The position numbers and the translations under genes are program-made. Shown here piece after piece: positions 26,850 to 36,792 of a stretch of 44,178 nt of DNA (positions are counted from its first letter, which is position 1; each line of letters starts with the position of its first letter). Below the pieces are notes generated by a model that was not told where the DNA came from, did no database searches, and saw only the letters and a program-made list of their open reading frames with translations. Origin of the DNA: Hadesarchaea archaeon (lineage in GTDB: Archaea > Hadarchaeota > Hadarchaeia > Hadarchaeales > Hadarchaeaceae); the NCBI GenBank assembly GCA_004375695.1, contig SOKQ01000037.1:1-44178 (forward strand), in the 5' to 3' direction.

Positions 26850-27881
26850 CTACTTCCTCCTGAATACGTAAATTCTTCTCGTCAAACTTCGGTGTACCCG
26901 CTGTTCGTGTTTTTCAATTGTTCGAAGTCCAGCGCTTACAGCTAATTCTTCAAGTTCTAACTCCTTGGGCGAGGTGATGCACGCGTACCCCTTGCGCCGG
27001 AGTACACCTGCGATTGAAGGTAACGCTTGTTCATAGAGATCCCTCAGTTGGGCCCCAGCCGTAGAGGCTTGGCGACCGAATGGGGGATCAGTTGCGACGG
27101 CATCGACCTCGAGTGCCGGTAGCTTGCGGGCATCCCCGACCATGAGCTGGAAGTCGACCACGCCGCTCGCCTCCAAGTTTTTTCGCGCCCCTTCAACCAT
27201 CTCGCGATTGATGTCTATGCCAACGAGTTTCGCCCCGATTAACCCCGCCTCGAGCAGGATGCCGCCCACACCGCAAAATGGATCTAATAGCATGCCACCT
27301 CGAGGGGTCCGAGCGAGGTTGATCATGCAGCGGGCGAACGAGGGCATAAGGGTACTAGGGTGGAATGCAGGCCTGAGCGTTGGCTTGCGTCGCGCGAGCT
27401 GGCGGCGGTTCACTCTCGCAGTCGTTATCCCAAGCGTGCACTGCTCCCCAGTCAATACCCCCAAGAGCTCGATATCGGGGTGGGCCAAATCGACCTTGAA
27501 CTCGACCTCTTCCGCGATGGTGTTAGCAATAGTCTTAGCGAGTTTCAGCGTATCGATTTCTGGTGAACTCCGCTTCACGCGCTTCAGATGCACCGCGAAG
27601 CTTTTTCCATGGGGAACAAGATCCACAATGTCAGAGCTTCCCACGGACTCGAGGATATCCTCCTTGCTTGCGTGAGCAGTGCAGAGGTGTACGCATATCT
27701 CGCGGCACATCGCTAGACGCGAGGCGAGCACCTCCGGGCTAGCCTTTGTTTCAGCGACTAGCACTTGGTTGAGCTGTTCAAGCACCCGGTAGGCGCGGTG
27801 CTCGGCCTTGATTGCGGCTACTGCTTCAGCCGTTGGCAATGTTGGATGCTCGCCTGAGAGCACGAACATTAGTCTTTGCAT
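26850..27881 (-). CDS. THUMP-domain tRNA guanine-N2 methyltransferase (archaeal Trm11/TrmG10-like)
   Basis: Start placed at ATG 27881 (MQRLMFVLSGEHPTLPTAEA), which removes the overlap with prs. Has the SAM motif LDPFCGVGGIL and the catalytic DPPFG. Confidence 0.8.
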   Translation of the reverse strand: MQRLMFVLSGEHPTLPTAEAVAAIKAEHRAYRVLEQLNQVLVAETKASPEVLASRLAMCREICVHLCTAHASKEDILESVGSSDIVDLVPHGKSFAVHLKRVKRSSPEIDTLKLAKTIANTIAEEVEFKVDLAHPDIELLGVLTGEQCTLGITTARVNRRQLARRKPTLRPAFHPSTLMPSFARCMINLARTPRGGMLLDPFCGVGGILLEAGLIGAKLVGIDINREMVEGARKNLEASGVVDFQLMVGDARKLPALEVDAVATDPPFGRQASTAGAQLRDLYEQALPSIAGVLRRKGYACITSPKELELEELAVSAGLRTIEKHEQRVHRSLTRRIYVFRRK

Positions 27882-27882
27882 G

Positions 27883-28773
27883 TTAAAACCCTTGATGGAT
27901 AGCCCCTGCGATAAGGGGGGCAACTGAGACCACACTTGTCCGGTGCTCGATGGTGTCGGTGGCAATGACTGCTTGCACGTCCACCTTCAGAATCTTTTGT
28001 AGGGCATCCCCCGCGAGCACTGGATGGGTACAGGCAGCATAGATTTTGTGCGCTCGTTGGCGTCGAAGGATTCGTGTTGCCTCGATGATGGTGCTGCCCG
28101 TGCTGATAATGTCATCCACCAAAACCACATCCCGCTTTGCGACATCGAGGTGTTTTGGTTGGATAGTGGTCTTCTTCGGGGGCGCTCTCCGCTTCTCTAA
28201 GTAATCATAGTCGGCCTTCAGCTCGACAGCTACCCTTCGAACGCGCTCAAGTAATCCTTTGTCAATCCCTAGGATGATGGGGTCTTGGAGCTTGAGTTTG
28301 GCAAGGTATTGTCCTAGCAAGGGAATCGCAGTGAGGTTGTAGGTTGGGATTGAAAAATTCTGTATGACTCCATCATTATGCATGTCTACGGTGAGGAAGT
28401 CGTCCGCCCCCGCGTGCTCGATGAGCTTACAGATAGTGTGGACGCTTGTAGCTTCTCCTGGCTTGAATCGCTTGTCCTGCCAGAGCGATGTGAGGTAAGG
28501 AACGGCAGCTGTAACGTGTCGAGCACCTAAATCCTTAGCGGCATCGAGCATCAGAAAGAGCTCGATGAGGTTGTCGTTCTGTGGCTGGCTGGTTGACTGA
28601 ACAATGGCTACGTCTTTTCCCTCAAGTTTGGTGTCGAGGCGTACGTAGAGCTCGCCATCGGGGAAGTGTTTTAGCTCGGGCTTTAAAAGTGGGCACTTTA
28701 GCTGCGTTGCAACCCTCGCCGCGAGCTTAGGTGAGGCGGATCCAGCGATGATTATCAAGCTATCCCTGCGCAA
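27883..28773 (-). CDS. prs: ribose-phosphate pyrophosphokinase
   Basis: 296 aa. Has the PRPP-binding loop VVLVDDIISTGSTI and an N-terminus typical of Prs (IIAGSASPKLA). Confidence 0.9.
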   Translation of the reverse strand: MRRDSLIIIAGSASPKLAARVATQLKCPLLKPELKHFPDGELYVRLDTKLEGKDVAIVQSTSQPQNDNLIELFLMLDAAKDLGARHVTAAVPYLTSLWQDKRFKPGEATSVHTICKLIEHAGADDFLTVDMHNDGVIQNFSIPTYNLTAIPLLGQYLAKLKLQDPIILGIDKGLLERVRRVAVELKADYDYLEKRRAPPKKTTIQPKHLDVAKRDVVLVDDIISTGSTIIEATRILRRQRAHKIYAACTHPVLAGDALQKILKVDVQAVIATDTIEHRTSVVSVAPLIAGAIHQGF

Positions 28774-28799
28774 TTCTTTAGCGTGACGATTTAAAATAT

Positions 28800-29906
28800 A
28801 TGATTGGTGCCCCCATGTGGCGGGTCTTCAGACCTGATGCGGTGACGGTGCTCCGCGACCAAAAGGCACGAAAGTCGCTTTCACGCTACTTTGCGGTCGT
28901 GGAGCGCAAGCTCCCAGCACGCTTTTTAGTATGCAAGCGCGTGAAGGTGAAGGTAGACCTTTCGGTGAGCAATGGGGAACTCTGGAGGGCTCACGAACAA
29001 GGATTGAAGCAGTTTCGCAAGTTACTAGTCGATGTTGACGATGGTAAAGTCAAACTCAGTGATGTGAAACGGCCTAAGGTTTCGCTTCTCGACCTCAAGG
29101 TGGAGCTTGCCCGGAGGATTCTAAAGTCGTGCCACTTCTGCGAGCGTCGGTGTGGAGTAGATCGAACGGTTGGCAAGGGCGGTGTGTGTGGGGTTGGAGA
29201 GCGTTCACGCATAGCATCTGAGTTTATGCATCACGGCGAGGAGAGCGTTTTGGTGCCCTCATACACAATTTTCTTTACTGGCTGTACTTTTCACTGCCAG
29301 TTTTGCCAGAATTGGGATATTTCTCAATACCCGGACTCCGGTGTGGAAGTTTCGCCGCAAACTTTGGCTAAGCTTGCTGAGGGTGCTCGGAGGAATGGTG
29401 CACGGAACGTAAACTGGGTCGGAGGTAATCCTGATCCCAATCTCCACACCATCTTGGCGGCTTTAAACGAGTGCAAAACAAGCATCGCATCAGTTTGGAA
29501 TTCTAATATGTATTACAGCTTGGAAGCCGCAAAATTGCTGTTTGGCACGCAGGATGTTTACTTAAGCGACTTTAAATGGTATGATAGCAACTGCGCGCTT
29601 AGATATTCGAAGGTGCCCAAATATCTTGAAGTGGTCTCACGAAATCATAGGCTTGCATTTGAGGATGCGGAGTTAATCATACGACATCTCGTCATGCCCG
29701 GTCACATCTCATGCTGTACCGAACCAATCCTAAAATGGATAGTGAAAAATTTGGGCCCGATGGTCAGGACGAACGTGATGAGCCAGTATCGGCCTATCTA
29801 TCTAGCGGATAAATATCCTGAGATAAATAGGCGTATAACCTCAGAAGAGTACGAGAATGCCTTGAATATTGCCAAGGAAGTGGGGCTACAAAATCTTGAA
29901 CCGTAA
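28800..29906 (+). CDS. radical SAM protein, PflX/COG1313-like (pyruvate formate-lyase activase homolog)
   Basis: 368 aa. Has the CxxxCxxC cluster CTFHCQFCQNWDISQ preceded by CHFCERRCGVDR. The start could instead be ATG 28815. Confidence 0.8.
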   Translation: MIGAPMWRVFRPDAVTVLRDQKARKSLSRYFAVVERKLPARFLVCKRVKVKVDLSVSNGELWRAHEQGLKQFRKLLVDVDDGKVKLSDVKRPKVSLLDLKVELARRILKSCHFCERRCGVDRTVGKGGVCGVGERSRIASEFMHHGEESVLVPSYTIFFTGCTFHCQFCQNWDISQYPDSGVEVSPQTLAKLAEGARRNGARNVNWVGGNPDPNLHTILAALNECKTSIASVWNSNMYYSLEAAKLLFGTQDVYLSDFKWYDSNCALRYSKVPKYLEVVSRNHRLAFEDAELIIRHLVMPGHISCCTEPILKWIVKNLGPMVRTNVMSQYRPIYLADKYPEINRRITSEEYENALNIAKEVGLQNLEP

Positions 29907-30026
29907 TTTTCCTAAAATGTCTGATGGGAGTTTTCGTGAAATTTGCAAGTGTAAATGCAATGGTGGAAAAAAGAAATTTTTTGCACTTCTATAAGGCTTA
30001 TTAAAACGGCCATCCAAGGCTCGTTC

Positions 30027-30668
30027 ATGCAGGTCCACCAAGTTGGCGGCTTGGGCTTCGACTCCAACATCTATCTAATAATCGACGAGGTCATCGCACT
30101 CATCGACGCCGGAACAGGAATGAACTTTGAAACGGTCAAACGAAATTTGAGTAAGTTCAATCTAACAGCAAATGATGTCGAGCTCATCATCAACACCCAC
30201 TGCCACTACGACCACGTGGGAGGCGACCGCGATTTTGTCGAGGCTGCGGGTTGTGAGGTGGCGATTCACGAGCTCGAGGCGGAGCTGCTTCGAAAAGGTG
30301 ATCAGATTATTACACTTGCTGGTGGTCTCGGCAGAAGGCTCGAGCCCATTGAGGTAGCGCGCGAACTTCACGATGGTGATCGGGTTAAACTAGGGGAATT
30401 AATGCTTGAGGTTCTCCACACGCCCGGTCACACCCAGGGCAGCATAAGCCTTTACGAGCCCGAGCGAAAAATTTTGTTTTCCGGCGACACGCTTTTCTAC
30501 GGCGGCGTTGGGCGCACGGACCTGCCGACCAGCGACGGGAAAGCGTTAGCTAATTCGCTACGGAGGCTTGCAAAACTTGAGCTGGAGCGGCTGTACCCCG
30601 GACACGGCCCGTTCGCCGAAAAGGGCGCACGCAGGCACGTGTTGGAAGCGCTCGAACTCTTCGGTTAG
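30027..30668 (+). CDS. metallo-beta-lactamase fold hydrolase (glyoxalase II-like)
   Basis: Start placed at ATG 30027 (MQVHQVGG). Has the motifs THCHYDHVGG, HTPGHTQGS and GDTLF. Confidence 0.8.
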   Translation: MQVHQVGGLGFDSNIYLIIDEVIALIDAGTGMNFETVKRNLSKFNLTANDVELIINTHCHYDHVGGDRDFVEAAGCEVAIHELEAELLRKGDQIITLAGGLGRRLEPIEVARELHDGDRVKLGELMLEVLHTPGHTQGSISLYEPERKILFSGDTLFYGGVGRTDLPTSDGKALANSLRRLAKLELERLYPGHGPFAEKGARRHVLEALELFG

Positions 30669-30717
30669 CGTTGGGCAATACCTCAAATAGTAAATTGGCT
30701 AAATTCTACTGATTTAA

Positions 30718-30960
30718 ATGGGACCGCGCGATGTGTTGAACAAGCTGAAGTGGGGCGGCGAAGACGAGTTACAAAGTTCTCGAGTGACGATTTTGCATCG
30801 TGGCGCCCCAAACGATGAACGTGTCATCGAAGGTAGTGATATCCTCGGGCTTGGGCGTGGCTTCATGCGCGTAGCTTCGCCCGAGGGAGAAGTTGAAATA
30901 CCTTATCATCGAATTTTGCAAATCGAGGCACGAGGTGAAATTCTCTGGCGGAAGACCTAG
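30718..30960 (+). CDS. DUF504 / UPF0248 family small protein
   Basis: 80 aa. The pattern LNKLKW...RG.....I....I.......F......IPYHRI is typical of archaeal UPF0248. Assigned from memory of the family. Confidence 0.6.
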   Translation: MGPRDVLNKLKWGGEDELQSSRVTILHRGAPNDERVIEGSDILGLGRGFMRVASPEGEVEIPYHRILQIEARGEILWRKT

Positions 30961-30963
30961 ACA

Positions 30964-31494
30964 TCACATAACTATCTTTATCAGAGCAGCGATTCCCGCG
31001 GTCGCTGCGGCAAACAATACCATCTTAAAGCCTGAGAGCGCGAGGTTCTCCCTCGAGACCCTGCCGATGTATATCCCTATGGAGAAGAAAAGCGCGAGTG
31101 TCACAGCTATAGACCACTCCAACGCCGGAAGCGCAGGCAGAATGAAAAACGGCAGTACGGGGATTACCGACCCGCCGATCGTCGCCAACCCATCTATCAC
31201 GCTGCTCAAGAGGATCCTCTTCTCGGTCTCTCTGTGTAACTCGCTGTTCTTGATCGCGCCACGCTTGAGCATTGCTCGCTCGACCTTCTCCAGTTCCTTG
31301 TGGGCAACGGTTTTCTCGGCTGCAAATGCTCCGATGATATTTGAGAGCCCGTTCGCGATTCCGCCTCCAATCCCGGCGGCTACAATAATTCGAGCCGCTT
31401 CCGGACTTAGGCCGATAGCGATGCTGGCGCCGATAACTATACCGAGCGTGGACAGAGAACCGTCGATTAGACCACGGATAAAATGTCTGGCCAT
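30964..31494 (-). CDS. VIT1/CCC1 family membrane protein (short archaeal type)
   Basis: 176 aa. The N-terminus IRGLIDGSLSTLGIVIGA, a central amphipathic linker and three C-terminal transmembrane helices match the family layout. Confidence 0.75.
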   Translation of the reverse strand: MARHFIRGLIDGSLSTLGIVIGASIAIGLSPEAARIIVAAGIGGGIANGLSNIIGAFAAEKTVAHKELEKVERAMLKRGAIKNSELHRETEKRILLSSVIDGLATIGGSVIPVLPFFILPALPALEWSIAVTLALFFSIGIYIGRVSRENLALSGFKMVLFAAATAGIAALIKIVM

Positions 31495-31778
31495 CGGGTC
31501 CAGGTTCCTCCGGTTTAATCTCAGTAGTAGCTCGTATTAATATCTCGCCGTCTATTTCACCTACGAGAGGTTGAGATGTGGTTCGATTTGCTCGTGATCG
31601 TGGTCTGCTTCGTGGTATTCGGACGCGCTTCGAACTACCTTATTAAAGGGCTGGCTTCGGTTCGGGCGGCTGAGCAGCATGGTGTCCCCAGAACTTTTCG
31701 CATTGATGGTGGTGACGACACTCATCACGACATTGCTCCCGCCGATATTCTCCAAGTTCGTCTCTAGGGATTGAGCCG

Positions 31779-32723
31779 ATGGTGGAGGAATTTATTCTAT
31801 ACGTCCTCGCGTTCGTGGCAGCCATCGTGCTGATCGCCAAGGCGGCCAATGTTTTCGTCGACTCGGCGTGCGGAATCGCTCGAGCGCTCGGCGTATCCCA
31901 AGTGATAATAGCATTAACCCTTGTGGCTTTTGCGACCTCAGTCCCTGAGTTCTTCACCTCCACCATGGCGGCTTGGTTCGGCAACGTCGGCATCTCCTAT
32001 GGGAACGTTGTCGGCTCCAACATCATCAACATCACTCCAATCTTGGCACTCGCCGCGATATTTGGTGTGGCTCAATTTAGGCGGGAGAGGCTCGGCGAAG
32101 GGATCATCATGTTGGCCGTTGGCGGAGCGCTCGCGGCGATGGCGCTAAACGGTGTGGTCGGGCGGGTGGAAGGCTTGCTCATGTTGGCTATCTTTGCGCT
32201 TTTCTTGAGGTTCGTGCTGAAGAGGGAGGCGAGAAAGATGAGGAAAAAAGTCCCAAGCGAGCAGAAGAGGTTGGGTAGGTCAATCCTCCTATTCATTCTG
32301 GGTACGGCCGGAGTGATTATTGGAGCTAGGCTGCTGATTTACTCCGGCGTAGGAATTGCTTTAGGTGTAGGTGTTCCAGAGGCAGCAATAGGTTTCACGT
32401 TGGTCGCCATCGGGACCTCAATCCCAGAGCTGGCCACTATAATCATATCCATTTCCAAGCGGTTGCCTGAGTTCTCCGTGGGCACCATCGTGGGCTCGAA
32501 CATTTTTAACACTGCACTCATCATCGGCAGCGCAGCGTTGATAAGACCCTTGACGGTGGACTCCCAAGCGCTCTGGTTCAGCAACTCGGTGATGCTCGCC
32601 GCGATGGCGCTGTTATTGGGGTTCATGTGGATGGGGCGAAGATTGACGCGTGGTCAAGGGCTGGCGTTGCTCGCCTTTTACGCTTTTTACATCGCCGGGC
32701 TCGCGTTTCTGTACGCATCCTAG
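31779..32723 (+). CDS. Ca2+/Na+ antiporter (CaCA / YrbG family)
   Basis: 314 aa with ~10 transmembrane helices. Both alpha-repeat signatures are present (LVAFATSVPEF and LVAIGTSIPEL, each followed by GSNIxN). Confidence 0.85.
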   Translation: MVEEFILYVLAFVAAIVLIAKAANVFVDSACGIARALGVSQVIIALTLVAFATSVPEFFTSTMAAWFGNVGISYGNVVGSNIINITPILALAAIFGVAQFRRERLGEGIIMLAVGGALAAMALNGVVGRVEGLLMLAIFALFLRFVLKREARKMRKKVPSEQKRLGRSILLFILGTAGVIIGARLLIYSGVGIALGVGVPEAAIGFTLVAIGTSIPELATIIISISKRLPEFSVGTIVGSNIFNTALIIGSAALIRPLTVDSQALWFSNSVMLAAMALLLGFMWMGRRLTRGQGLALLAFYAFYIAGLAFLYAS

Positions 32724-32787
32724 CCGCCCACCTCGCTGTAATTTTTCCTCCTTTTAAATGACTTTCACCTAAAGGCATGGCGGGGAG

Positions 32788-33213
32788 ATGTCGAACAGTG
32801 TGGCTGCTTCGGATGTGATTCGGTCGATGATGCGTTCTGGGTTCTCCCACGATGAAATCTACGATGTGCTCGCGGGCACAGGGTTGCCGGGCGAGCAGAT
32901 TCAGCTGCTCATCGACCGCGTGGCAGCGGAGTTTCAAGAGGCAAAGTTCGAGCCCCAGACTTCTCGATTGGGGGGCGAGGTCGAGAAGGTCTTCAGCGGG
33001 GCTTTTGAGGGACTACAGCACGATTTGTTTGAGCGCATCAATTCGGTTTCACGAAAGCTGGAGCTCGTGAGGGTGGAGCTCGAGAAGCTTGGTATGCGGG
33101 TAGTCGAGCTCCAAACCCTCGTTGAGCGAGGGCTGTTAAGTTCGGTTTCAGGTCTTGGTCGAAAGCGCCACCCGAGAGTTGACAGGGGCGTCAATTTAAT
33201 CAAGCCATTTTAG
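32788..33213 (+). CDS. hypothetical soluble coiled-coil protein
   Basis: 141 aa, acidic, with a heptad-like segment (LFERINSVSRKLELVRVELEKLGMRVVELQTLVERG). GGGGAG lies upstream of the ATG. Its 3' end converges on and overlaps the 33196 gene by 18 nt. Confidence 0.45.
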   Translation: MSNSVAASDVIRSMMRSGFSHDEIYDVLAGTGLPGEQIQLLIDRVAAEFQEAKFEPQTSRLGGEVEKVFSGAFEGLQHDLFERINSVSRKLELVRVELEKLGMRVVELQTLVERGLLSSVSGLGRKRHPRVDRGVNLIKPF

Positions 33214-35262
33214 AAGGCCATCAGATATGCTGAAGGGCTTCAAGCTGATGATCACAAGCCTGACGTTGAACATGTTGTTTGACACCTCGTGGCGGTACGC
33301 GAGCGGTTTATGAGCAATGAACTCCTCACCCATCGCTTCATGAGTCAGCGGCAGCGTTGGATTATCAAAGTCAAAGATCTCCTCGATGATTCCGTCTTCG
33401 AGCTCTAGAGTTATATCCCATTGAGCCCACCAGAGCGTCACCCCTATGAACCAGAGCGGGATCGGGGTGGGTGTAGGTAAGCCGAACCAGCCAGCAGGGT
33501 CCTCTCTACTGTATCGAACCTTCTTGATAGTGAAGTTATGAAACACGGAGAGCCCAGGTTGGGATTGGATTGGGGGTGGAGGCAGAAGTTCGTAGAGTTG
33601 CTCGCGGTCAATGCCAGAAAAATTCCCCGCATTCAGCTCAAGTTTTTGCCTGAGCGCCTCGTCAATATCTACGCTCATAATTTCATCGAGTGCTGGTTCG
33701 ACACTCCCAGAGAGCCTCTTCATTTCGTCGAGATTATTCCTTGCATTTTGTAGGATAATTTTGAGAGTGCCGATTGTGCCATCCCATTCACCATCTATGT
33801 ACACAGGAGTCATTTCTTCCACAGGGTCGGGTGGCTCCCCCTCATAGCTACCGGGCTCGGCGTAGCTGGTAAACCCGATCCAGTGCTTCGGAGCGGGTCC
33901 GGCGAGCAATTCTTGAACAGAGGAGGTAATTTCATCGAGTAAATTCATCATCGAGTTTTCGAGCCCAGCGACGGTGTTGTCGGCGCCTGCCTCTTGCGCA
34001 AAGCTGCTGATGTTTGTTTTGAGGTCGTTGAGTTTCGCCAAGGTGCCCTTGACTCCCCATGTGATCTGCTCCTGAGGCGATGGATAATCCTTCCTTATCC
34101 GCTCTACGAGGCTCTCGCGTAGCGCTCCCATCATCAAATTTTGACCCGCCGAGCGCATGGTGAAATTGATGAGTTGTTCAAAATGTTGGCCGACCTCCGA
34201 CACATGATTTCGAGCTTGGGTGACGCTTACAACGGCATCCCAAAGCGCTGTTTGCACGTTTTCGAGTGCTGAGTTAGCGTTGTCCGTGTTTTCATGGATT
34301 TGAGCGAGGGCATCGTTCGCACGTTGGGCATGCTCTTTCGCTCCCACTAGCGCGCTAGATGCTTGGGCGAGTGCTTCGAGCGCGCGGTCGATATATCCGC
34401 GCATTACATCAACATCAACGGCCTTCACGGGTGAGACGATCAAGCTGGTACTGGAAAGGTCAGAGAGGATATCTTCGCTTGTTTTGTTCACGGCAGTGGC
34501 TGCACTGGTCAGCCCGATCGCCGTCGCCGTATAGTCGGCCGAGCCAAAGATATCGAGCTCATGCGCTGCCCAGGCTAGTTCAAAGAACGCTTTACTACGC
34601 GAGACGTTTAGTTTGACGTTCCCACTCAACCACGCCCCGGCCCAAGCCGAAACGTACTCCATTACCGCCCAGTTTGTGCTTACGTTACCGATTCTGCTGA
34701 TGAATGCCCACATGCGCTCTTGGAGCAGGAAGTATCTGGAATCGATGAAGGTTTCGAGGTTCTCACAGGGTAGTTCGAGCACCAAGCTGTTGTCCCAGGA
34801 GCTAATCTTTACACGTGTCCCTTTTGGTAGCTTAACATCAGCCAATGTGTATCCGTCATCACCCTCTCGCAGATTGAAGGTTGACTGAGCGTTTGGATAT
34901 CCGAGTTCGAGTTCGATGCGTGCATCGTGGTTCGCGTATGCGTTTGGCAGCGCAGCGGCTCGCTTCGCGAAATATCTCGCCGCGAGATTTTTGATAGCCA
35001 GCTCCCTCGCCTCATCGCTAACATAACTGTCCGCGTCTTTGCTCACGGCCCAGAGAGCGTCGTAAACGGCGTATCGCGCTGCAGCTCGCAGGTCATTTTG
35101 AACGCTAGTGGCGATTGTCAGAAGTGCCGAGCTTGAGGCATCATCTACCGTGTTTAGCGAGCGCTGGTGTCTCAGTCCTACAGCCTGCCCCACCATTGCC
35201 ACGACGAGCATCACGATGGCAGCACCGACAACGCTGAAAGGTATAAATCCACGCTCTTTCAC
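33196..35262 (-). CDS. large prepilin-like (class III signal peptide-like) surface protein with central Ala/Asn/Gln-rich helical region
   Basis: Start preferred at GTG 35262, which forms a GTGA overlap with the upstream stop and gives MKERG|FIPFSVVGAAIVMLVVAMVG. The track start is 35271. Last gene of the six-gene operon. Confidence 0.6.
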   Translation of the reverse strand: MKERGFIPFSVVGAAIVMLVVAMVGQAVGLRHQRSLNTVDDASSSALLTIATSVQNDLRAAARYAVYDALWAVSKDADSYVSDEARELAIKNLAARYFAKRAAALPNAYANHDARIELELGYPNAQSTFNLREGDDGYTLADVKLPKGTRVKISSWDNSLVLELPCENLETFIDSRYFLLQERMWAFISRIGNVSTNWAVMEYVSAWAGAWLSGNVKLNVSRSKAFFELAWAAHELDIFGSADYTATAIGLTSAATAVNKTSEDILSDLSSTSLIVSPVKAVDVDVMRGYIDRALEALAQASSALVGAKEHAQRANDALAQIHENTDNANSALENVQTALWDAVVSVTQARNHVSEVGQHFEQLINFTMRSAGQNLMMGALRESLVERIRKDYPSPQEQITWGVKGTLAKLNDLKTNISSFAQEAGADNTVAGLENSMMNLLDEITSSVQELLAGPAPKHWIGFTSYAEPGSYEGEPPDPVEEMTPVYIDGEWDGTIGTLKIILQNARNNLDEMKRLSGSVEPALDEIMSVDIDEALRQKLELNAGNFSGIDREQLYELLPPPPIQSQPGLSVFHNFTIKKVRYSREDPAGWFGLPTPTPIPLWFIGVTLWWAQWDITLELEDGIIEEIFDFDNPTLPLTHEAMGEEFIAHKPLAYRHEVSNNMFNVRLVIISLKPFSISDGLLKWLD

Positions 35263-35930
35263 GAAGACCACAGTTCCAAGGTTATCTCGACGGCGATGTC
35301 GGGTTCGAGTTCTAAAGTGGTGTCAAGCACTTTCTGAATTCGTTGGGTTAGCTCCTCCTGCGAGATGGGCAGGGTTGCAACAATTGTTTCTGAGCAAAGC
35401 TTCCGTTGCGCACCCTCGTCGAAATTTTTGATCTCGCTCTCGAAGTGAACCCGGACAAAGCCGAGATCCAATGGCAAAGTTCTCACGATCAGGCGATATC
35501 CGAAACGTCCACCGATGAGCTTATCGAGCACCTTCTTCAGAAATTCTCGAAGCTCGCTTTTCATGCCCCAACTTGGCCCGGGTGGTTCAAGCCCAACTCC
35601 TTCAGCTTCGATGTGCAAGTTGAAAAGCGCATCCTCAACCAAAAGTTGTGTGAGAGCTTTATGGCGCAGGTTACGTTTGGTCGACCCTTTGAGTACAGGT
35701 ACGTTTGGTTCAAAACTGAGGGTGTCGAGTTGATATTCAAATCCGCCGAACTCATCCGCGGTCGAGTGTTGAAGCGCCAGTAAAGTGCTCTGCGCGAAGC
35801 TCGCGGCGTATCGAGTACTTTCAATTTTAGGATCGATGGGGCTTGCCCCGACCAAAAGTAAACTGGCGAACGAAATCAAGAGCGCAAAGACCAACATGTC
35901 TGCTATGTAACCAATGCCTTGTTTGTCCAT
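35259..35930 (-). CDS. prepilin-like (class III signal peptide-like) protein
   Basis: 223 aa. N-terminus MDKQG|IGYIADMLVFALLISFASLLLVG. Starts 1 nt after the upstream stop. Confidence 0.55.
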   Translation of the reverse strand: MDKQGIGYIADMLVFALLISFASLLLVGASPIDPKIESTRYAASFAQSTLLALQHSTADEFGGFEYQLDTLSFEPNVPVLKGSTKRNLRHKALTQLLVEDALFNLHIEAEGVGLEPPGPSWGMKSELREFLKKVLDKLIGGRFGYRLIVRTLPLDLGFVRVHFESEIKNFDEGAQRKLCSETIVATLPISQEELTQRIQKVLDTTLELEPDIAVEITLELWSS

Positions 35931-35931
35931 T

Positions 35932-36366
35932 TTATCTCCTCCACACCCACACGACTAACTCACAGAGCTGCGCCGACCCTTGGCCGCGCGTGACTGCCAC
36001 CGGTAGGCTGATTGAACAAGGTGGCGAGAAATATCCCCCAAGCTGGTTTTGCTCGGGGCCGTACGCTAGCAACACCTCGCCCCCAAGAGTTCTAACCTCG
36101 GCTCGCAGCTCGATGCCCTCTCGAGCAAGCAGTTTGGAGTAGTCCTCAAGCTTTTTCATCGTTAAATCAATCGACCCGGGTGAAGCGGCCAACACACGAT
36201 TTTTGATGTCCTCGGCGATGTTCAGCGCTAGGTCGAAGCTCTCGTAGGCGTTCTTCCTCTCCGCGTAGATGGAGTAAGAGTGCACGAGCGCCGCAATGAA
36301 AAGGCAGAGTAGACCGACGACCGCGAGCGTCGCGAATAGATCCTCGCCGACTGAGAGTTGCTCCAT
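35932..36366 (-). CDS. prepilin-like / N-terminally anchored protein
   Basis: 144 aa. N-terminus MEQLSVG|EDLFATLAVVGLLCLFIAALV. Its start directly abuts the upstream stop (36367). Confidence 0.5.
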   Translation of the reverse strand: MEQLSVGEDLFATLAVVGLLCLFIAALVHSYSIYAERKNAYESFDLALNIAEDIKNRVLAASPGSIDLTMKKLEDYSKLLAREGIELRAEVRTLGGEVLLAYGPEQNQLGGYFSPPCSISLPVAVTRGQGSAQLCELVVWVWRR

Positions 36367-36792
36367 CTAAATCAATTCCAATCGAACCCCGCCCGTTTTG
36401 CTCAGGCATATCGCGCTCGGGCTCTCGCGACTGATCGAAAACTCTCCACCGTTGACTTCGTGGTCGAGCATCAGGGTACGCTCGACTCGCTCCTGCGACT
36501 CCACGATTACACGAATTACTTGTATTCCTTGGTTGAGTTCACCGATGATTGTTACCTTGGTTTGATGCGCGATGGTTGGCAGCGTCCTCCTCAGCTCAAC
36601 CTTGCCGGGCATGCTCTCAGCGGCTCGAATCGCCCCTGCAATCGTGTCGGCGAGCGTCGCTAGGTCTTCTCTCTCCGCAGTGCGCTTGAACCCCAAGGAC
36701 ATCGTGAGCACAGCGCCAAACAAAGCCAGTGCAACAAGTGCGACGCCGATCTTGCAGGCGAAAAAGTCGGCCAGCACCCCGCGTTCATTTAT
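36367..36792 (-). CDS. prepilin-like protein; start uncertain (ATA 36792 or GTG 36777)
   Basis: The track ORF extends to 36933 but would overlap the upstream gene by 149 nt. An ATA start gives (M)NERG|VLADFFACKIGVALVALALFGAVL, which matches the leader pattern of its five neighbours. Confidence 0.5.
   Translation of the reverse strand: MNERGVLADFFACKIGVALVALALFGAVLTMSLGFKRTAEREDLATLADTIAGAIRAAESMPGKVELRRTLPTIAHQTKVTIIGELNQGIQVIRVIVESQERVERTLMLDHEVNGGEFSISRESPSAICLSKTGGVRLELI

Noticed and set aside
30893-31540. 215-aa plus-strand ORF
   Set aside because: It is antisense to the VIT1-family gene, whose translation is clearly membrane-protein-like. I treat it as a shadow ORF.
31576-31767. 63-aa ORF upstream of the CaCA antiporter, possibly a collapsed cation-antiporter gene
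   Set aside because: The N-terminus (MWFDLLVIVVCFVVFGRASNYLIKGLA) and an alternative-frame tail (MVSPELFALMVVTTLITTLLPPIF) look like the ends of a transporter. The resemblance is compositional only, and I cannot support a pseudogene call without a homology search.
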